Below are positions 1-10,424 of a stretch of 64,000 bases of DNA, piece after piece. The notes below the pieces were generated by a model. That model saw nothing but the letters and a program-made list of their open reading frames with translations. It was not told the origin of the DNA and did no database searches. The translations under genes and the position numbers were made by a program. Each line of letters starts with the position of its first letter. The first letter of the stretch is position 1. This stretch comes from Candidatus Acidiferrum sp. (GTDB taxonomy: Bacteria; Acidobacteriota; Terriglobia; Acidiferrales; UBA7541): positions 18,342 through 82,341 of the forward strand of contig DATDGB010000007.1 of the NCBI GenBank assembly GCA_036522305.1, given 5' to 3'.

Positions 1-1081
1 GACGCCGATGCGCGGGGAGCGCAATTACCTAGTGTATATTCCGCTGGGAGTAGGCGTGGTGATTCCGCCGTGGAATTTTCCTTGCGCGATCATGGCGGGA
101 CTGGTCTGCGCTTCGCTGGTGACCGGGAATACGGTGGTGCTGAAGCCAGCGGCGGATTCGCCGACAATTGCGGCGAAATTTATCGACATCCTGTTTGAGG
201 CGGGCGTGCCGAAGGAAGCGGTGAACTTTATCACCGGGCCGGGGAGCGTGATCGGCGACGCACTGGTGCAGCATCCGAAGACGCGCTACATCGGGTTCAC
301 GGGGTCGAAGGAAGTGGGGCTGCGAATCAGCGAGTTTGCGGGGAAAACGGTTCCGGGGCAGATGTGGATCAAGCGCACGGTGCTGGAGATGGGTGGCAAG
401 GACGGCATCGTGGTGGACGAAGAAGCAGACATCGATGCGGCGGTGGAAGGCACGGCGCAGGCGGCGTTCGGCTATCAGGGGCAAAAGTGCTCGGCTTGTT
501 CGCGGGTGATCGTTTCGGAAAAGATTTACGATACGTTTGTGCAGAAGCTGGTGGAGCGCACGAAGAAAATTACGGTGGGACCGAGCGACGATCCGGCGAA
601 TTACATGGGACCGGTGATCAGCCAGTCAGCGATGAAAACGATTCTGGATTACATCGAAGTGGGAAAGAAGGAAGGGAAGCTGCTGACGGGCGGCAAACGC
701 GCGGCGGGCGACGGGTATTTTATTGAGCCGACGATTATTGGAGACGTGGATCCTCATGCGCGGCTGGCGCAGGAAGAAGTGTTCGGCCCGGTGCTGGCGG
801 TGATCAAGGCGAAAAATTACGACCAGGCGCTGGAAATTGCGAACAATACGGAGTTTGGATTGACGGGCGCGGTGTACTCGAAGAATCCGGAGAAGATAAA
901 GAAGGCGGAAGAGACGTTTCACGTCGGCAATTTGTATCTGAACCGGAAGTGCACGGGCGCGATGGTGGGCGCGCATCCGTTCGGCGGATTTAACATGTCG
1001 GGAACGGATTCAAAGGCGGGCGGGAAAGATTATTTGCTGCTGTTCATGCAGGGGAAATCGATCGCGGAAAAAGTGAGTTAG
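1..1081 (+). CDS. pruA: L-glutamate gamma-semialdehyde (P5C) dehydrogenase, 5'-truncated by window edge
   Basis: ALDH motifs PWNFP, FTGS, LEMGGK, YQGQKCSAC, EEVFGP and PFGGFNMSGTDSKAGG; frame is open to the window start. Confidence 0.9.
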   Translation, partial: TPMRGERNYLVYIPLGVGVVIPPWNFPCAIMAGLVCASLVTGNTVVLKPAADSPTIAAKFIDILFEAGVPKEAVNFITGPGSVIGDALVQHPKTRYIGFTGSKEVGLRISEFAGKTVPGQMWIKRTVLEMGGKDGIVVDEEADIDAAVEGTAQAAFGYQGQKCSACSRVIVSEKIYDTFVQKLVERTKKITVGPSDDPANYMGPVISQSAMKTILDYIEVGKKEGKLLTGGKRAAGDGYFIEPTIIGDVDPHARLAQEEVFGPVLAVIKAKNYDQALEIANNTEFGLTGAVYSKNPEKIKKAEETFHVGNLYLNRKCTGAMVGAHPFGGFNMSGTDSKAGGKDYLLLFMQGKSIAEKVS

Positions 1082-1104
1082 GCATATTCTGCGATGAAGG
1101 CAGC

Positions 1105-1131
1105 GGTCCGCCCCGGAAGGCGGACCCTGCA
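1105..1131. repeat. REP-like hairpin between convergent genes
   Basis: GGTCCGCC-ccggaa-GGCGGACC followed by CTGCA, a variant of the CTACA tail of other copies. Confidence 0.6.
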
Positions 1132-1143
1132 CGGAAATGCATG

Positions 1144-2565
1144 TTAGGAATTCTTGGTGGCGCTGGCATCGGCGCGAAGGGTGGCCCACTTCAAGGCGCG
1201 AAAAACGGGATAGCTCAAGACGAGCATGCCCAGCGCCAATGGAGCGTTCTTTTGGTCAGTGACGATCGAACCAATCAAGAAAAGGGCGGAAGCGGCCAAT
1301 GCAATTCCAGTGGTCCAAGGATAGCCCCACGCGCGGTACGGTCGGTCCATCTGTGGCTCGCGCTTGCGGAGCGCGAAGAGAGAAAAATACGAGAGCGTGT
1401 AGTTGGCGACAAAAAAGAAGGAAAGCATCGCGATAACGCGCTCGAAGGCGTTGGCGCTTAAGAAGGAGATGAGGACGAAGAGGACGCCAACAATCGTGCT
1501 GAGGAGCAACGAAACTGTGGGAGTTCCACCAGCGTTGACATGCGTAGCGCGGCGGAAAAACAAGCCGTCGCAGCTCATCGTGTAAAGAGTGCGCGTGCAG
1601 AAAAGCTGATTGGCGTTCATGCAGCTCAGCATGGAGACGACCATAATGGAGCGGATGATGGGGTCGCCAAGGCTTCCGAAAACGCGGCCGGCGACGGAGC
1701 CGAGAGCGAAATTATTTCCGGCGATTTCCTTCATGGGCAGGATGTATACCGCGATCAGATTCAGGAGCAAATAAATCCCCATGATGGAGAAGACGCTGCC
1801 GAAAATGGCGCGAGGGATGTCGCGGCCAGGATTGCGAACTTCTGCCCCAAAATAAATGATACCGTCCCACCCGTCGACGGTGTAAATCACGGATTGCAGG
1901 CCGAGCATGAAGGCGATGGCCAAAGCCCATCCGCTGGCCATGGGAAGCGCTGACGGGCCAGATTCGATGGCGGCTTTGTGCGCCGGGCCGCCGAGAAGAA
2001 AACAAGCAATCACCAAAGTCAGGAAAGCCGCAGCCTTCATCGTGGCGGAGGCGAGCTGCGCGCCGCTGCCCCATTTGATCCCGCGCCATTGCAGGACTCC
2101 GAATCCACAGATGATAGCGATAGAGAGGATTTCCGTTTTTGTATTGCCAGCCAGAATGGGGAAAAGGTGGCCGCTGTAATCGGCAATGACGATGGAGACG
2201 GCGGCGGCGGTGCCGCAAGTGGAAAGCCAGTCGCTCCAGCCGACGATGAATCCGGCATAATCGCCGAGAGCGCGGCGGGAAAAATTATATTGACCGCCGC
2301 TGCGTGGAATGGCGGCGCCGAGTTCGGCCATAGAGGACGCGCCGGAAAGCGCGTAGAGGCCGCCGAGGAGCCAGACGCCGAGGAACATCCAAGCGTGGGG
2401 AAGAAGCCTGGCGACGTCGCCGGGTGTTCGAAGGATGCCGGCGCCGATGGTATTGCCGAAAGCGGCGGCCATGCCGAACCACATGCCCAGGACTTGAAGC
2501 AAGCGGCCGCGGCTGGCCGCGGGCGTGGAGGTAGGTGTGGAAGAGGCGTCCGATGTGCCGGGCAA
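1144..2565 (-). CDS. APC family amino acid permease
   Basis: About 12 TM segments; IGAGI, ELGAAIPRSGGQY, EVRNPGRDIPRAI and RPYRAWGYP motifs. Confidence 0.9.
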   Translation of the reverse strand: MPGTSDASSTPTSTPAASRGRLLQVLGMWFGMAAAFGNTIGAGILRTPGDVARLLPHAWMFLGVWLLGGLYALSGASSMAELGAAIPRSGGQYNFSRRALGDYAGFIVGWSDWLSTCGTAAAVSIVIADYSGHLFPILAGNTKTEILSIAIICGFGVLQWRGIKWGSGAQLASATMKAAAFLTLVIACFLLGGPAHKAAIESGPSALPMASGWALAIAFMLGLQSVIYTVDGWDGIIYFGAEVRNPGRDIPRAIFGSVFSIMGIYLLLNLIAVYILPMKEIAGNNFALGSVAGRVFGSLGDPIIRSIMVVSMLSCMNANQLFCTRTLYTMSCDGLFFRRATHVNAGGTPTVSLLLSTIVGVLFVLISFLSANAFERVIAMLSFFFVANYTLSYFSLFALRKREPQMDRPYRAWGYPWTTGIALAASALFLIGSIVTDQKNAPLALGMLVLSYPVFRALKWATLRADASATKNS

Positions 2566-2703
2566 AGTGAGTTCTCGAGGGCTCCGAGAAATGCAGCCAT
2601 CATAACGGCGGGAAGAGAAAATGCAAGCTGGAAGTGCGATGAGGAAGTTTTAAGTTCTTAGCAAGAGGCGGAAAATAATTTACTGCGGGCGAATTGTTGA
2701 TTG

Positions 2704-3408
2704 TTATTTGGGAGTGCCGACGAAATTCCATTTGCCCCAGGCGAAGGATTCGTGAACGGAAACGAAGTGAACGCAGGCAATTTTTTTGATCAGTTCGGGC
2801 TGGGAAAGCCATTGTTGGTAAGTGCGGCGTTCGAATTGAATCATTGTGGCTAAAGCATCCATTCGGTTGGAAATGCGGCGCGCCAGGGGATTTTCTGAAA
2901 CTTTATGCACAAACTTCAGAAAAGGAGTCAGCCATGGCTCCACGAACAGAACTCGGCCCTCTTTCCGCAACACGCGTTGCATCTCCGCGAAAGATTGCTC
3001 CAAATCTTCGGGCAGAGTTGGCAGATGGTGCAAACCGCCCTGGACGATCAAAACATCCTTGCTGCGATCCGCAAAGGGAAGCTGACGGCAATCGCCGACG
3101 ATACATTTTGCCGGCCCGCGATATTGGGCGACCAGCCGGGGGGAAAGGTCCACACCTTCGAGCCGGGTGAAGCCGAGACGATCGAGAGCGACCAGACCGT
3201 TGCCGCGGCCGCAAAATAGCTCGACGATTTCGGCGTCGCGGGGCCACTGCGGTGCGCCCAAGCGATTGAGGCGGCCAATAAATTTTTGGATTTCCTCTTC
3301 GGGCGTTTCAAAGCGGAGATAGGCGGCTTCCCAAGGATCGGGGGCTAACGCGCTCTGCGTCTGAGGACTTGTCGCGTTTTCGGGCGTCCCTGCTGGAGAT
3401 GTCGGCAT
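2704..3408 (-). CDS. Class I SAM-dependent methyltransferase
   Basis: ELFCGRGNG, GVDLSP, GDCRQLPF, LHHL; start taken as ATG 3408 because the longer ORF overlaps the GT2 gene. Confidence 0.8.
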   Translation of the reverse strand: MPTSPAGTPENATSPQTQSALAPDPWEAAYLRFETPEEEIQKFIGRLNRLGAPQWPRDAEIVELFCGRGNGLVALDRLGFTRLEGVDLSPRLVAQYRGPAKCIVGDCRQLPFADRSKDVLIVQGGLHHLPTLPEDLEQSFAEMQRVLRKEGRVLFVEPWLTPFLKFVHKVSENPLARRISNRMDALATMIQFERRTYQQWLSQPELIKKIACVHFVSVHESFAWGKWNFVGTPK

Positions 3409-3565
3409 CTTCGGAGATGGAAAAGAGAACCACCGAAGGTTCCCATAGATTGTGGGCCAATTCAAGGCGATGGCGGTCTCTTCGGGAAGCGTGGAGGGGC
3501 AATCGAATAGCCAGAAACTGCAGTTGCAGGATCGTAGGTGGGTGAAATGTGGGGGAGAGCGCGAT

Positions 3566-4804
3566 ATGATGGTGCCAACAATGGGGACAATCTTAACTTC
3601 AGAAACTGTGCAGACTGCGCGAACAGAGACGCCGAATGGCGTCGAAGTGTCGGTGGTGATTCCGTGCTTGAATGAGGCGAATTCACTGGCGTTCTGCGTG
3701 GACAAAGCATTGAAGGCGTTTAGGGCGGCGGGGATGAACGGGGAAGTAATTGTAGCGGACAACGGCTCGACGGATGGCTCGATTCGAATTGCGGAGGAGC
3801 ACGGGGCGCGCTTGATTCATGTGGCGGAGCGCGGCTACGGGGCGGCGTTGCGCGCGGGCATCGCCGGATCGCGAGGCGCGTTCATCATCATGGGCGATGC
3901 GGACGACAGCTATGATTTCACGGACGTGCCGCGGTTCGTGGAAAAGCTGCGCGAAGGAAATGACATTGTGATGGGCAACCGGTTCAGCGGGGAAATCAAA
4001 CCGGGTGCCATGCCGCCGCTGCACAAGTACTTCGGGAATCCCGGGCTTACCGCGCTGCTCAATACTTTGTTCCATGCGGGCATCGGGGACGGTTACTGTG
4101 GCATGCGCGGGTTTACGCGGAGTTTGTACGACCGTTTGGATTTGCGAAGTTCGGGGATGGAGTTTGCGCTAGAGATGATTATTAAGTCAACGCAAATCGG
4201 TGCGCGCATCGCGGAGATTCCCATCATTTTGTGGCCCGATAAGCGCGGGCGCGCGCCGCATCTGCGGAGTTTTCGCGACGGATGGCGCAGCCTGCGATTC
4301 ATGCTGCTCTACGCGCCAAACTGGCTTTTCCTGCTGCCCGGCGCGACGCTGGTGTTGGCTGGACTTTTTCTGGTGTTTTGGCTGCTGCCAGGACCGCGCT
4401 ACATCTCGCCACGAGTGGGGCTCGACATTCACACGATGATTTTTGGAGTTATTTTTACTCTGCTGGGCGTGCAGATACTCTCGATCGGGGCGTTCGCGAA
4501 AGTATTCAGTTATGCGGAGAGATTTGACCGGCGTTCGGTGTCGTTGCGGCGGATGCTGAAGAAGGTCACTCTGGAAACGGGCTTGCTTTTGGGAGGAAGT
4601 TTATTTTTGATGGGATTCGCCGGGTGCGCGTGGGTCACCTGGCAGTGGGCGGCAAGCGGATTCGGCGAGCTGCACCAAGTCCGGCAGGTTCTCTTCTGGT
4701 CGATGTGGCTGTTCCTTGGATTGCAGACTATTTTTGGAGCTTTCTTCCTCAGCATGCTGGGCATCAGCCGCGAGACATTTATCGGCGACTACGACCTGAA
4801 ATAA
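3566..4804 (+). CDS. GT2 glycosyltransferase (DPM1/GtrB-like) with C-terminal TM helices
   Basis: VSVVIPCLNE, DNGSTDGS, GYGAAL, DAD motif; GGGGGAG RBS before ATG 3566. Confidence 0.88.
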   Translation: MMVPTMGTILTSETVQTARTETPNGVEVSVVIPCLNEANSLAFCVDKALKAFRAAGMNGEVIVADNGSTDGSIRIAEEHGARLIHVAERGYGAALRAGIAGSRGAFIIMGDADDSYDFTDVPRFVEKLREGNDIVMGNRFSGEIKPGAMPPLHKYFGNPGLTALLNTLFHAGIGDGYCGMRGFTRSLYDRLDLRSSGMEFALEMIIKSTQIGARIAEIPIILWPDKRGRAPHLRSFRDGWRSLRFMLLYAPNWLFLLPGATLVLAGLFLVFWLLPGPRYISPRVGLDIHTMIFGVIFTLLGVQILSIGAFAKVFSYAERFDRRSVSLRRMLKKVTLETGLLLGGSLFLMGFAGCAWVTWQWAASGFGELHQVRQVLFWSMWLFLGLQTIFGAFFLSMLGISRETFIGDYDLK

Positions 4805-5452
4805 ATGGCCGCCCCTCCGCAGACACCCCGGCCAGTTTCGTGGCCATTCTCCTGGATCGGGGCCTGGCACCGAACTTTCATATTTCGGCGGCGCACCCGG
4901 GTGCTGGCGGAAATGCTGGCGGAGCAGATTCCTCAACGTGCGTCCGTGCTGGATATTGGCTGTGGGGATGGCACCATCGCGAGCCTCATCGCCCAGCTTC
5001 GCCCGGACATTTCCATCCAAGGCGTCGAGTTTCTGGTGCGGCCGGAATGCAAGATCGAATGCCGCGCGTTTGACGGAACTTCGCTGCCTTTTCCGAATGC
5101 TACTTTCGACGTATGCCTATTCGTGGATGTGCTCCATCACACCGGAGATCCAGCAATCCTGCTGCGCGAGGCAGTGCGGGTCAGCCGTTCGTTCGTACTA
5201 ATTAAGGACCACCTGGACGAAAATTTCGTCGACGACGCAATCCTGCGTTTCATCGACTGGGTGGGCAACCGGCCGCATGGAGTGGTATTGACGTACAACT
5301 ATCAGAGCCGCAAGGAATGGGAGAAGTATTTTTCTAGCTGCGGGCTGGCGGAGAAAAGCTGGACCACGCGAGTGCCATTGTACCCGCCCCCGGCCAGTCT
5401 ACTGGTTGGACGGGGTTTGCACTTCGTGTCGTTGCTCAGGAAAACAAAGTAG
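4805..5452 (+). CDS. Class I SAM-dependent methyltransferase
   Basis: VLDIGCGDG, LPFPNATFD, DVLHH; starts immediately after the GT2 stop. Confidence 0.88.
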   Translation: MAAPPQTPRPVSWPFSWIGAWHRTFIFRRRTRVLAEMLAEQIPQRASVLDIGCGDGTIASLIAQLRPDISIQGVEFLVRPECKIECRAFDGTSLPFPNATFDVCLFVDVLHHTGDPAILLREAVRVSRSFVLIKDHLDENFVDDAILRFIDWVGNRPHGVVLTYNYQSRKEWEKYFSSCGLAEKSWTTRVPLYPPPASLLVGRGLHFVSLLRKTK

Positions 5453-5461
5453 CCGCCGCGT

Positions 5462-7168
5462 TTACGGTTTAGAAGGAACGGGCTGGGCAGAGTAGGGAAT
5501 TAGTTCTGAATTGTCTTTGTCCGGGTAAACGAACCAGATGTGGCGATCCTTGAAATAAGCAAAGAGTTTGGCGTTTTGAACAGGATCGATGTCACGAGCC
5601 CAAAGGACCTTGGCGGTGTCGATATCCGCTCCGTTGTACACCCACTCGTCGTGCAGGTTGTGATCCGGATCGTAGCTCACCACGACCAAGTGCTTGCCGG
5701 GAATCTTGGAAAGATCCTTAGCGATGACCTTGCGGCTGGAGTCTCCCTTGCAGGTCCATTCCAACGGGTCACAGATCCGGCGTGAGACAGAGAGTCCCAC
5801 GTCGGCCGCAAGAAGAGAAACGATAGCCCAGGAAAACGCGAGGCCGACAGGACGTCCGCCAATGCGAATCGTGCGCAGGTGGCGAATGGCTTGCACCAGG
5901 AGCAGAAAAATCACGCAGGTCAACGGCGCCGCGTAGTGTGGAAAAGACCAGATCAACGAAAAGAACGCTACCGTTCCGAGCAGGAAGATTAGAAGCGGCA
6001 GGCGCATCTTGCGGTTGAAGAAAACGAAAGGCAATCCTGGCAGAAGTAAGAAGGCACCCCACCAGAGAAAGACGCTGCCGCCGCGAATCAGTTTTTCAAC
6101 GGAAACTTTCAAAACGTCCGGCCAATTGTTGTCATAGTTCTCGCGTTCCCATCCATTGTAGAAATCCTCGAACTGCTGGTTGTTGTATGCAAGCGGCGGC
6201 TTAGGTCGGTCCCATAAGAAAAGTCCAGTGGTTCGGTAGGTGCGCGAGTTCAAGACATGCGGAAATAGCAGGGCACTTCCCGCAACGCGCCAATTGTAGT
6301 AGGCAATGAAGGCGACGGTAAGCGTCAGCGCAATGGCAAGCGGGGCGAACACCCGTACGATGCGCGTTCGCGGCGACGCAGGCGATTTGGTTTTTCCTGC
6401 AAGCCACCAGAGCAACCAGCCGGCCACGGGGAGACAAAAGAGGAGGCCCTCAAAGGGACGTGTGGTTGCCAGAATGGCCATTCCTAGGCCGAGCAGCAAA
6501 GCATCGCCCGCCCGCGCCCGGCGCACGATACGGGGCATTGCGCCAAGCACGAGTGCGCCACCGATTGCCGCAAGCGATCCGCCCCAATAGCTGTTTATCC
6601 AGTAACTCGCCACGCCGAATTTCAGGGCGACCAGCGTAGCGCCGAGGAAGGCCCACCTTGCCGGAAGCCAGACTTGCAACATCCAGAGAATCGCGGCGCA
6701 CATCGTGGCAGCGCTGAGCAGCACCCCGATCCAGGGATGTCCGAGCAATTGGCCTAGCGCCAGGAAGGCTCCCTGCCCAGGCGGATACTTCGACGCGTAC
6801 GTGGGAAACCAATTGATGTGAAAGGATTCGAAACTCTTCCACATGGGATGGGTCGGATTGGTGAGGCGGCCGTGGGCGAGCGTATCGCCCAGCAGTAGAT
6901 AACTGTATTCATCGTGGATCCCCGGGACGGGCACCGGCAATTTTGGGAGCACGGCAAGGCGGACACCGATGACGATGAAGAAAAGAGCGATGATCGCGAG
7001 CGTCTTCTGCTCCGCGAAGCGCGACAGGAAAGACTCGATCGTGTGGAACACTTTTGATGCGAGGCGCGGCAGGAACAGGGCAAGAAGCGAGAAGGAACCG
7101 GCGATAGGCAAAAGCATGTAGAGCGCGTAAGGCACGCGCGATGACAGAATGTCAAGGAGGTCGCTCAT
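5462..7168 (-). CDS. Polytopic membrane protein, probable GT-C glycosyltransferase
   Basis: HDEYSY acidic motif in first loop, KYPPG, many TM helices, soluble C-terminus EWVYNGADID. Confidence 0.65.
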   Translation of the reverse strand: MSDLLDILSSRVPYALYMLLPIAGSFSLLALFLPRLASKVFHTIESFLSRFAEQKTLAIIALFFIVIGVRLAVLPKLPVPVPGIHDEYSYLLLGDTLAHGRLTNPTHPMWKSFESFHINWFPTYASKYPPGQGAFLALGQLLGHPWIGVLLSAATMCAAILWMLQVWLPARWAFLGATLVALKFGVASYWINSYWGGSLAAIGGALVLGAMPRIVRRARAGDALLLGLGMAILATTRPFEGLLFCLPVAGWLLWWLAGKTKSPASPRTRIVRVFAPLAIALTLTVAFIAYYNWRVAGSALLFPHVLNSRTYRTTGLFLWDRPKPPLAYNNQQFEDFYNGWERENYDNNWPDVLKVSVEKLIRGGSVFLWWGAFLLLPGLPFVFFNRKMRLPLLIFLLGTVAFFSLIWSFPHYAAPLTCVIFLLLVQAIRHLRTIRIGGRPVGLAFSWAIVSLLAADVGLSVSRRICDPLEWTCKGDSSRKVIAKDLSKIPGKHLVVVSYDPDHNLHDEWVYNGADIDTAKVLWARDIDPVQNAKLFAYFKDRHIWFVYPDKDNSELIPYSAQPVPSKP

Positions 7169-7267
7169 CGAGGGCGCGAGTTTTCTGCTTTGGATTGTGA
7201 CATGCGCCGGAAAAAGTAGAAAGGCGGATGCTTCGTTGAGTTACCGGGAATAGGCGAAGCGATTGAT

Positions 7268-8524
7268 TTAGCGCTCGATTTCGATTTCGGTGGTAACGTT
7301 GGGGTCGCGAGCCGCGGGCTTGGCTGCGGCGGGGCGCTTCGGGCGATCGTCGAGATAGTCGGCCATTTCCAGGCGAAAGTTTCCCGCGTTCGTTGAATAC
7401 GTGACTCCGGTTTCGAAATCGACGATGCCGGCGCGAATGAGCTTTTCAATCTCGCCATCAAAGTACTGCATGCCCTCGGTGCTGCCGTCGCGCATGGCAT
7501 CGAGGAGTGACTTGCCTTCCGTTTCTCCCTTTTCCACGTAATCCCTGGTGCGCATGGTGGACTTGAGAATCTCCACGGCGGCGATGCGGCCCTTGCCGTC
7601 CCTGCGCGGGAGCAGGCGTTGGGAAACGATGCAGCGAAAAGCCTTTGAGAGGCGCGAGCGGATGCTCTGCTGGTCGGAGAGAGGAAAAACTCCCACGATG
7701 CGCTCGACGGTCTTGGAGGCATCGATGGTGTGGAGGGTGGAGAGCACCAAGTGGCCGGTTTCCGAGGCTTCCAAAGCGATTTCAATGGTCTCGCGATCGC
7801 GCATCTCGCCGACAAGGATGACTTTTGGGGCCTGGCGCAAAGCGGCGCGCAGGGCCAGTGCGAAACTGGGCGTGTCCGTGTGCAGCTCGCGCTGATGGAT
7901 GGTCGATTTCTTGTGCCGGTGCAGGAACTCGATGGGGTCTTCAATGGTGAGGATGTGATAGGCCTTTTCCTCATTCATTTTGTCGAGGATAGCCGCGAGC
8001 GTGGACGACTTGCCGGAGCCCGTGGGACCGGTTACGAGCACGATGCCGTTCCGCATTTCCACGACTTCCTTCAGTACTTCTGGAAGGTTCAATTCCTGGA
8101 ACCCGGGAATCTTGTCGGGGATCACGCGCATCACCACGGCGCAACTGCCGCGTTGCCGGAAAATATTTACGCGGAAACGCGCGACGCCGGTAATGCCATA
8201 GGAAAGGTCAGCGGAGCCGTCCTGTTCGAGCTTGCGCACGGGCGTCTCGTTTTTTCCCATGATGTCGTTCGCGATGAAGCTGGTGTCCTGGGGAGTCAGG
8301 CACTCGAGGCCCTTGTATTTCAATTCGACCAACTGGCCGCTGACTTCGATTTGAGGAGCGCGGCCCGGCGAAAAAATGAGATCGCTGACGTGCGGGCTGG
8401 ACTTCAACATTGCGGTGACCAACTGCGCGGTGTGAATGGTGCGCTGCGCGGCGGGCGCCGAAGAGGGCGCCGGAACCTGCGGGGGAGTATTCTGCGGAGG
8501 CATAGTAGTCGTCGTAGTTGCCAT
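7268..8524 (-). CDS. PilT/PilU family type IV pilus ATPase
   Basis: RFRVNIF, Walker A GPTGSGKS, TIEDPIE, ALRQAPKVILVGEMRD, His box GHLVLSTLH. Confidence 0.92.
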   Translation of the reverse strand: MATTTTTMPPQNTPPQVPAPSSAPAAQRTIHTAQLVTAMLKSSPHVSDLIFSPGRAPQIEVSGQLVELKYKGLECLTPQDTSFIANDIMGKNETPVRKLEQDGSADLSYGITGVARFRVNIFRQRGSCAVVMRVIPDKIPGFQELNLPEVLKEVVEMRNGIVLVTGPTGSGKSSTLAAILDKMNEEKAYHILTIEDPIEFLHRHKKSTIHQRELHTDTPSFALALRAALRQAPKVILVGEMRDRETIEIALEASETGHLVLSTLHTIDASKTVERIVGVFPLSDQQSIRSRLSKAFRCIVSQRLLPRRDGKGRIAAVEILKSTMRTRDYVEKGETEGKSLLDAMRDGSTEGMQYFDGEIEKLIRAGIVDFETGVTYSTNAGNFRLEMADYLDDRPKRPAAAKPAARDPNVTTEIEIER

Positions 8525-8781
8525 AAATTGATTTGTATCCTTGCGAGGCCCGAGAAGCGGAGGCGAGTCGCGCTAGCGGCAGTAAATCGCTTTTCTCTGT
8601 AGCTCCTCAATTGTACGCGAAGCCATACCGGCGGCCAGCAAAGGCTTGGAATGCCATTTCTTGAGGATTACTGTCCGGAAGGGCAGGTTGGTCCAAAAAA
8701 AGTACAGCCGCTGTCGCGAAATGCGATGGCGACCGCGGCCAGAGCGAAATTATCTTCACGCCAGCTTATTTATTTGCTCGG

Positions 8782-10347
8782 CTACTGCTTGGAAGCGCCC
8801 TCGATAAAGTTGGCGATATTGGTTTTAAGCTTGGCGAGATCTTCGTCGCGCAAATACATCATGTGCCCGGCGTCGTAATACTGCAGGTGGATGTTTTTCT
8901 GGAGTTTATCGGGCAGGCCAAGATGCTCCACGGTGTACTCGGTGGCAAAGAACGGCGTGGCCAAATCGTAGATGCCGTTTTCGACTTCGACTTTGAGGTG
9001 TGGATTCGTCAGCATAGCCTGAATCAAGTCGCCTTCCACATTCGGTGAACCGGGGAAACCGAAATTGTCGCCGGCGCTGCGATGCTTCCAATCCCAATTG
9101 TTGCCAGCTTCGTCGGAGCCGGTGTGATAGACCTTGTCTTGACCGAACTTCAGTTCATCGCGTACGTAGTTGTTCCAAGCCGCCGTGAAGGGCCCGGTGA
9201 TCGAGGTGTCCTGCGGGTCGTACTCGGCATATTCGCCGAGTAAATCGTAGCTCCAGCCCGAGAAACGCGCGTCGAGGCGGCCGGTGGTCAAGCCGCGGCT
9301 GCGCTGCAGCTCTTTCATGAATTGCGGCAAGTTAACGCGCAGATTGGCTTTGACGAGATAGTCTTCGCTGAGACCAGTGAAGCGGGAGAGTTTTTTCGCT
9401 ACGGCTGCCTTTTCGGCCTCGCCCAGCTTGGAACCCTTCATCAGCGCATCGGCATAGTCGGTTTGCGCATACTTCCTCGCTTCGTCGAGAAACGGGGTCA
9501 AATTGTCAGGGCGGTCCTTCAACACTTTGTGATACCAGGCGGTGGCGGCGTAGCTGGGCAAGTAGAAGATGTAGGGCATATCTTCGCCGGCGTTGAAGGA
9601 AATTGTTCCCAGATTTAGCACGGAAGAGATGAGCACGATACCATTGAAATACAAGCCGTCATGCGACTGCAAATAATTGGAAAGCGCGGCGGAGCGGAAG
9701 GTGCCGTAGCTTTCGCCAATAAGAAACTTCGGGGAATTCCAGCGGCTGTTGCGGCTGGTGTAGGTGTTGATGAATTGCGCCAGGGACTTGACGTCCTGAT
9801 CGACGCCCCAGAAATCCTTGTCCTGAGCTTTGCCGACGGCATGGCTGAATCCCGTTCCGACGGGGTCCACAAAAACCAAATCCGTCTTGTCCAGGAGGCA
9901 GTATTGGTTCTCGGTGAGTTTGTACGGAGCCGGAGGCGTAGCTTCGGCGTTCACGGTGATCACGCGGCGCGGGGAAAAGGAGCCCATGTGCAACCAGACC
10001 GAGGCCGAGCCCGGCCCGCCGTTGTAAACGAACGAGACGGGGCGCTGGCTGAGGTCCTTGGCGTCGCTGCGCGTGTAGGCGGTGAAGTAAACGAGCGCGG
10101 TGGGTTCATCCTTTTCGTTCTTGAGGAGAATGGTCGCGGCAGTCGCCTTGTAGGGAATGGTCTGGCCGCCGATTTTGATGCTGTGGTCGGTGACGGAAGA
10201 TTCTTCTTTAGGAGGTGCGGCGGGAGCGGCTTCGGCGGGCTTGTCGGCAGGTTTGGCGTCTTTATCCTGCGCACGCGCTACCGCGGCCATCGCGATCATG
10301 GACAAGGCCAGGGTGAGCAGCACGCTCAAGTTTTTCACACGCATCAT
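8782..10347 (-). CDS. Secreted peptidase S10 (serine carboxypeptidase)
   Basis: Signal peptide, YNGGPGSAS, DPVGTGFS, GESYG, YDAGHMMY. Confidence 0.9.
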   Translation of the reverse strand: MMRVKNLSVLLTLALSMIAMAAVARAQDKDAKPADKPAEAAPAAPPKEESSVTDHSIKIGGQTIPYKATAATILLKNEKDEPTALVYFTAYTRSDAKDLSQRPVSFVYNGGPGSASVWLHMGSFSPRRVITVNAEATPPAPYKLTENQYCLLDKTDLVFVDPVGTGFSHAVGKAQDKDFWGVDQDVKSLAQFINTYTSRNSRWNSPKFLIGESYGTFRSAALSNYLQSHDGLYFNGIVLISSVLNLGTISFNAGEDMPYIFYLPSYAATAWYHKVLKDRPDNLTPFLDEARKYAQTDYADALMKGSKLGEAEKAAVAKKLSRFTGLSEDYLVKANLRVNLPQFMKELQRSRGLTTGRLDARFSGWSYDLLGEYAEYDPQDTSITGPFTAAWNNYVRDELKFGQDKVYHTGSDEAGNNWDWKHRSAGDNFGFPGSPNVEGDLIQAMLTNPHLKVEVENGIYDLATPFFATEYTVEHLGLPDKLQKNIHLQYYDAGHMMYLRDEDLAKLKTNIANFIEGASKQ

Positions 10348-10424
10348 CGTCTCTCTCCTCGGAACAGACTGGTATTTGTGTTTTTGCGAAGCTGAGATTC
10401 TACCTGTTTGTACGGACCACAGGA

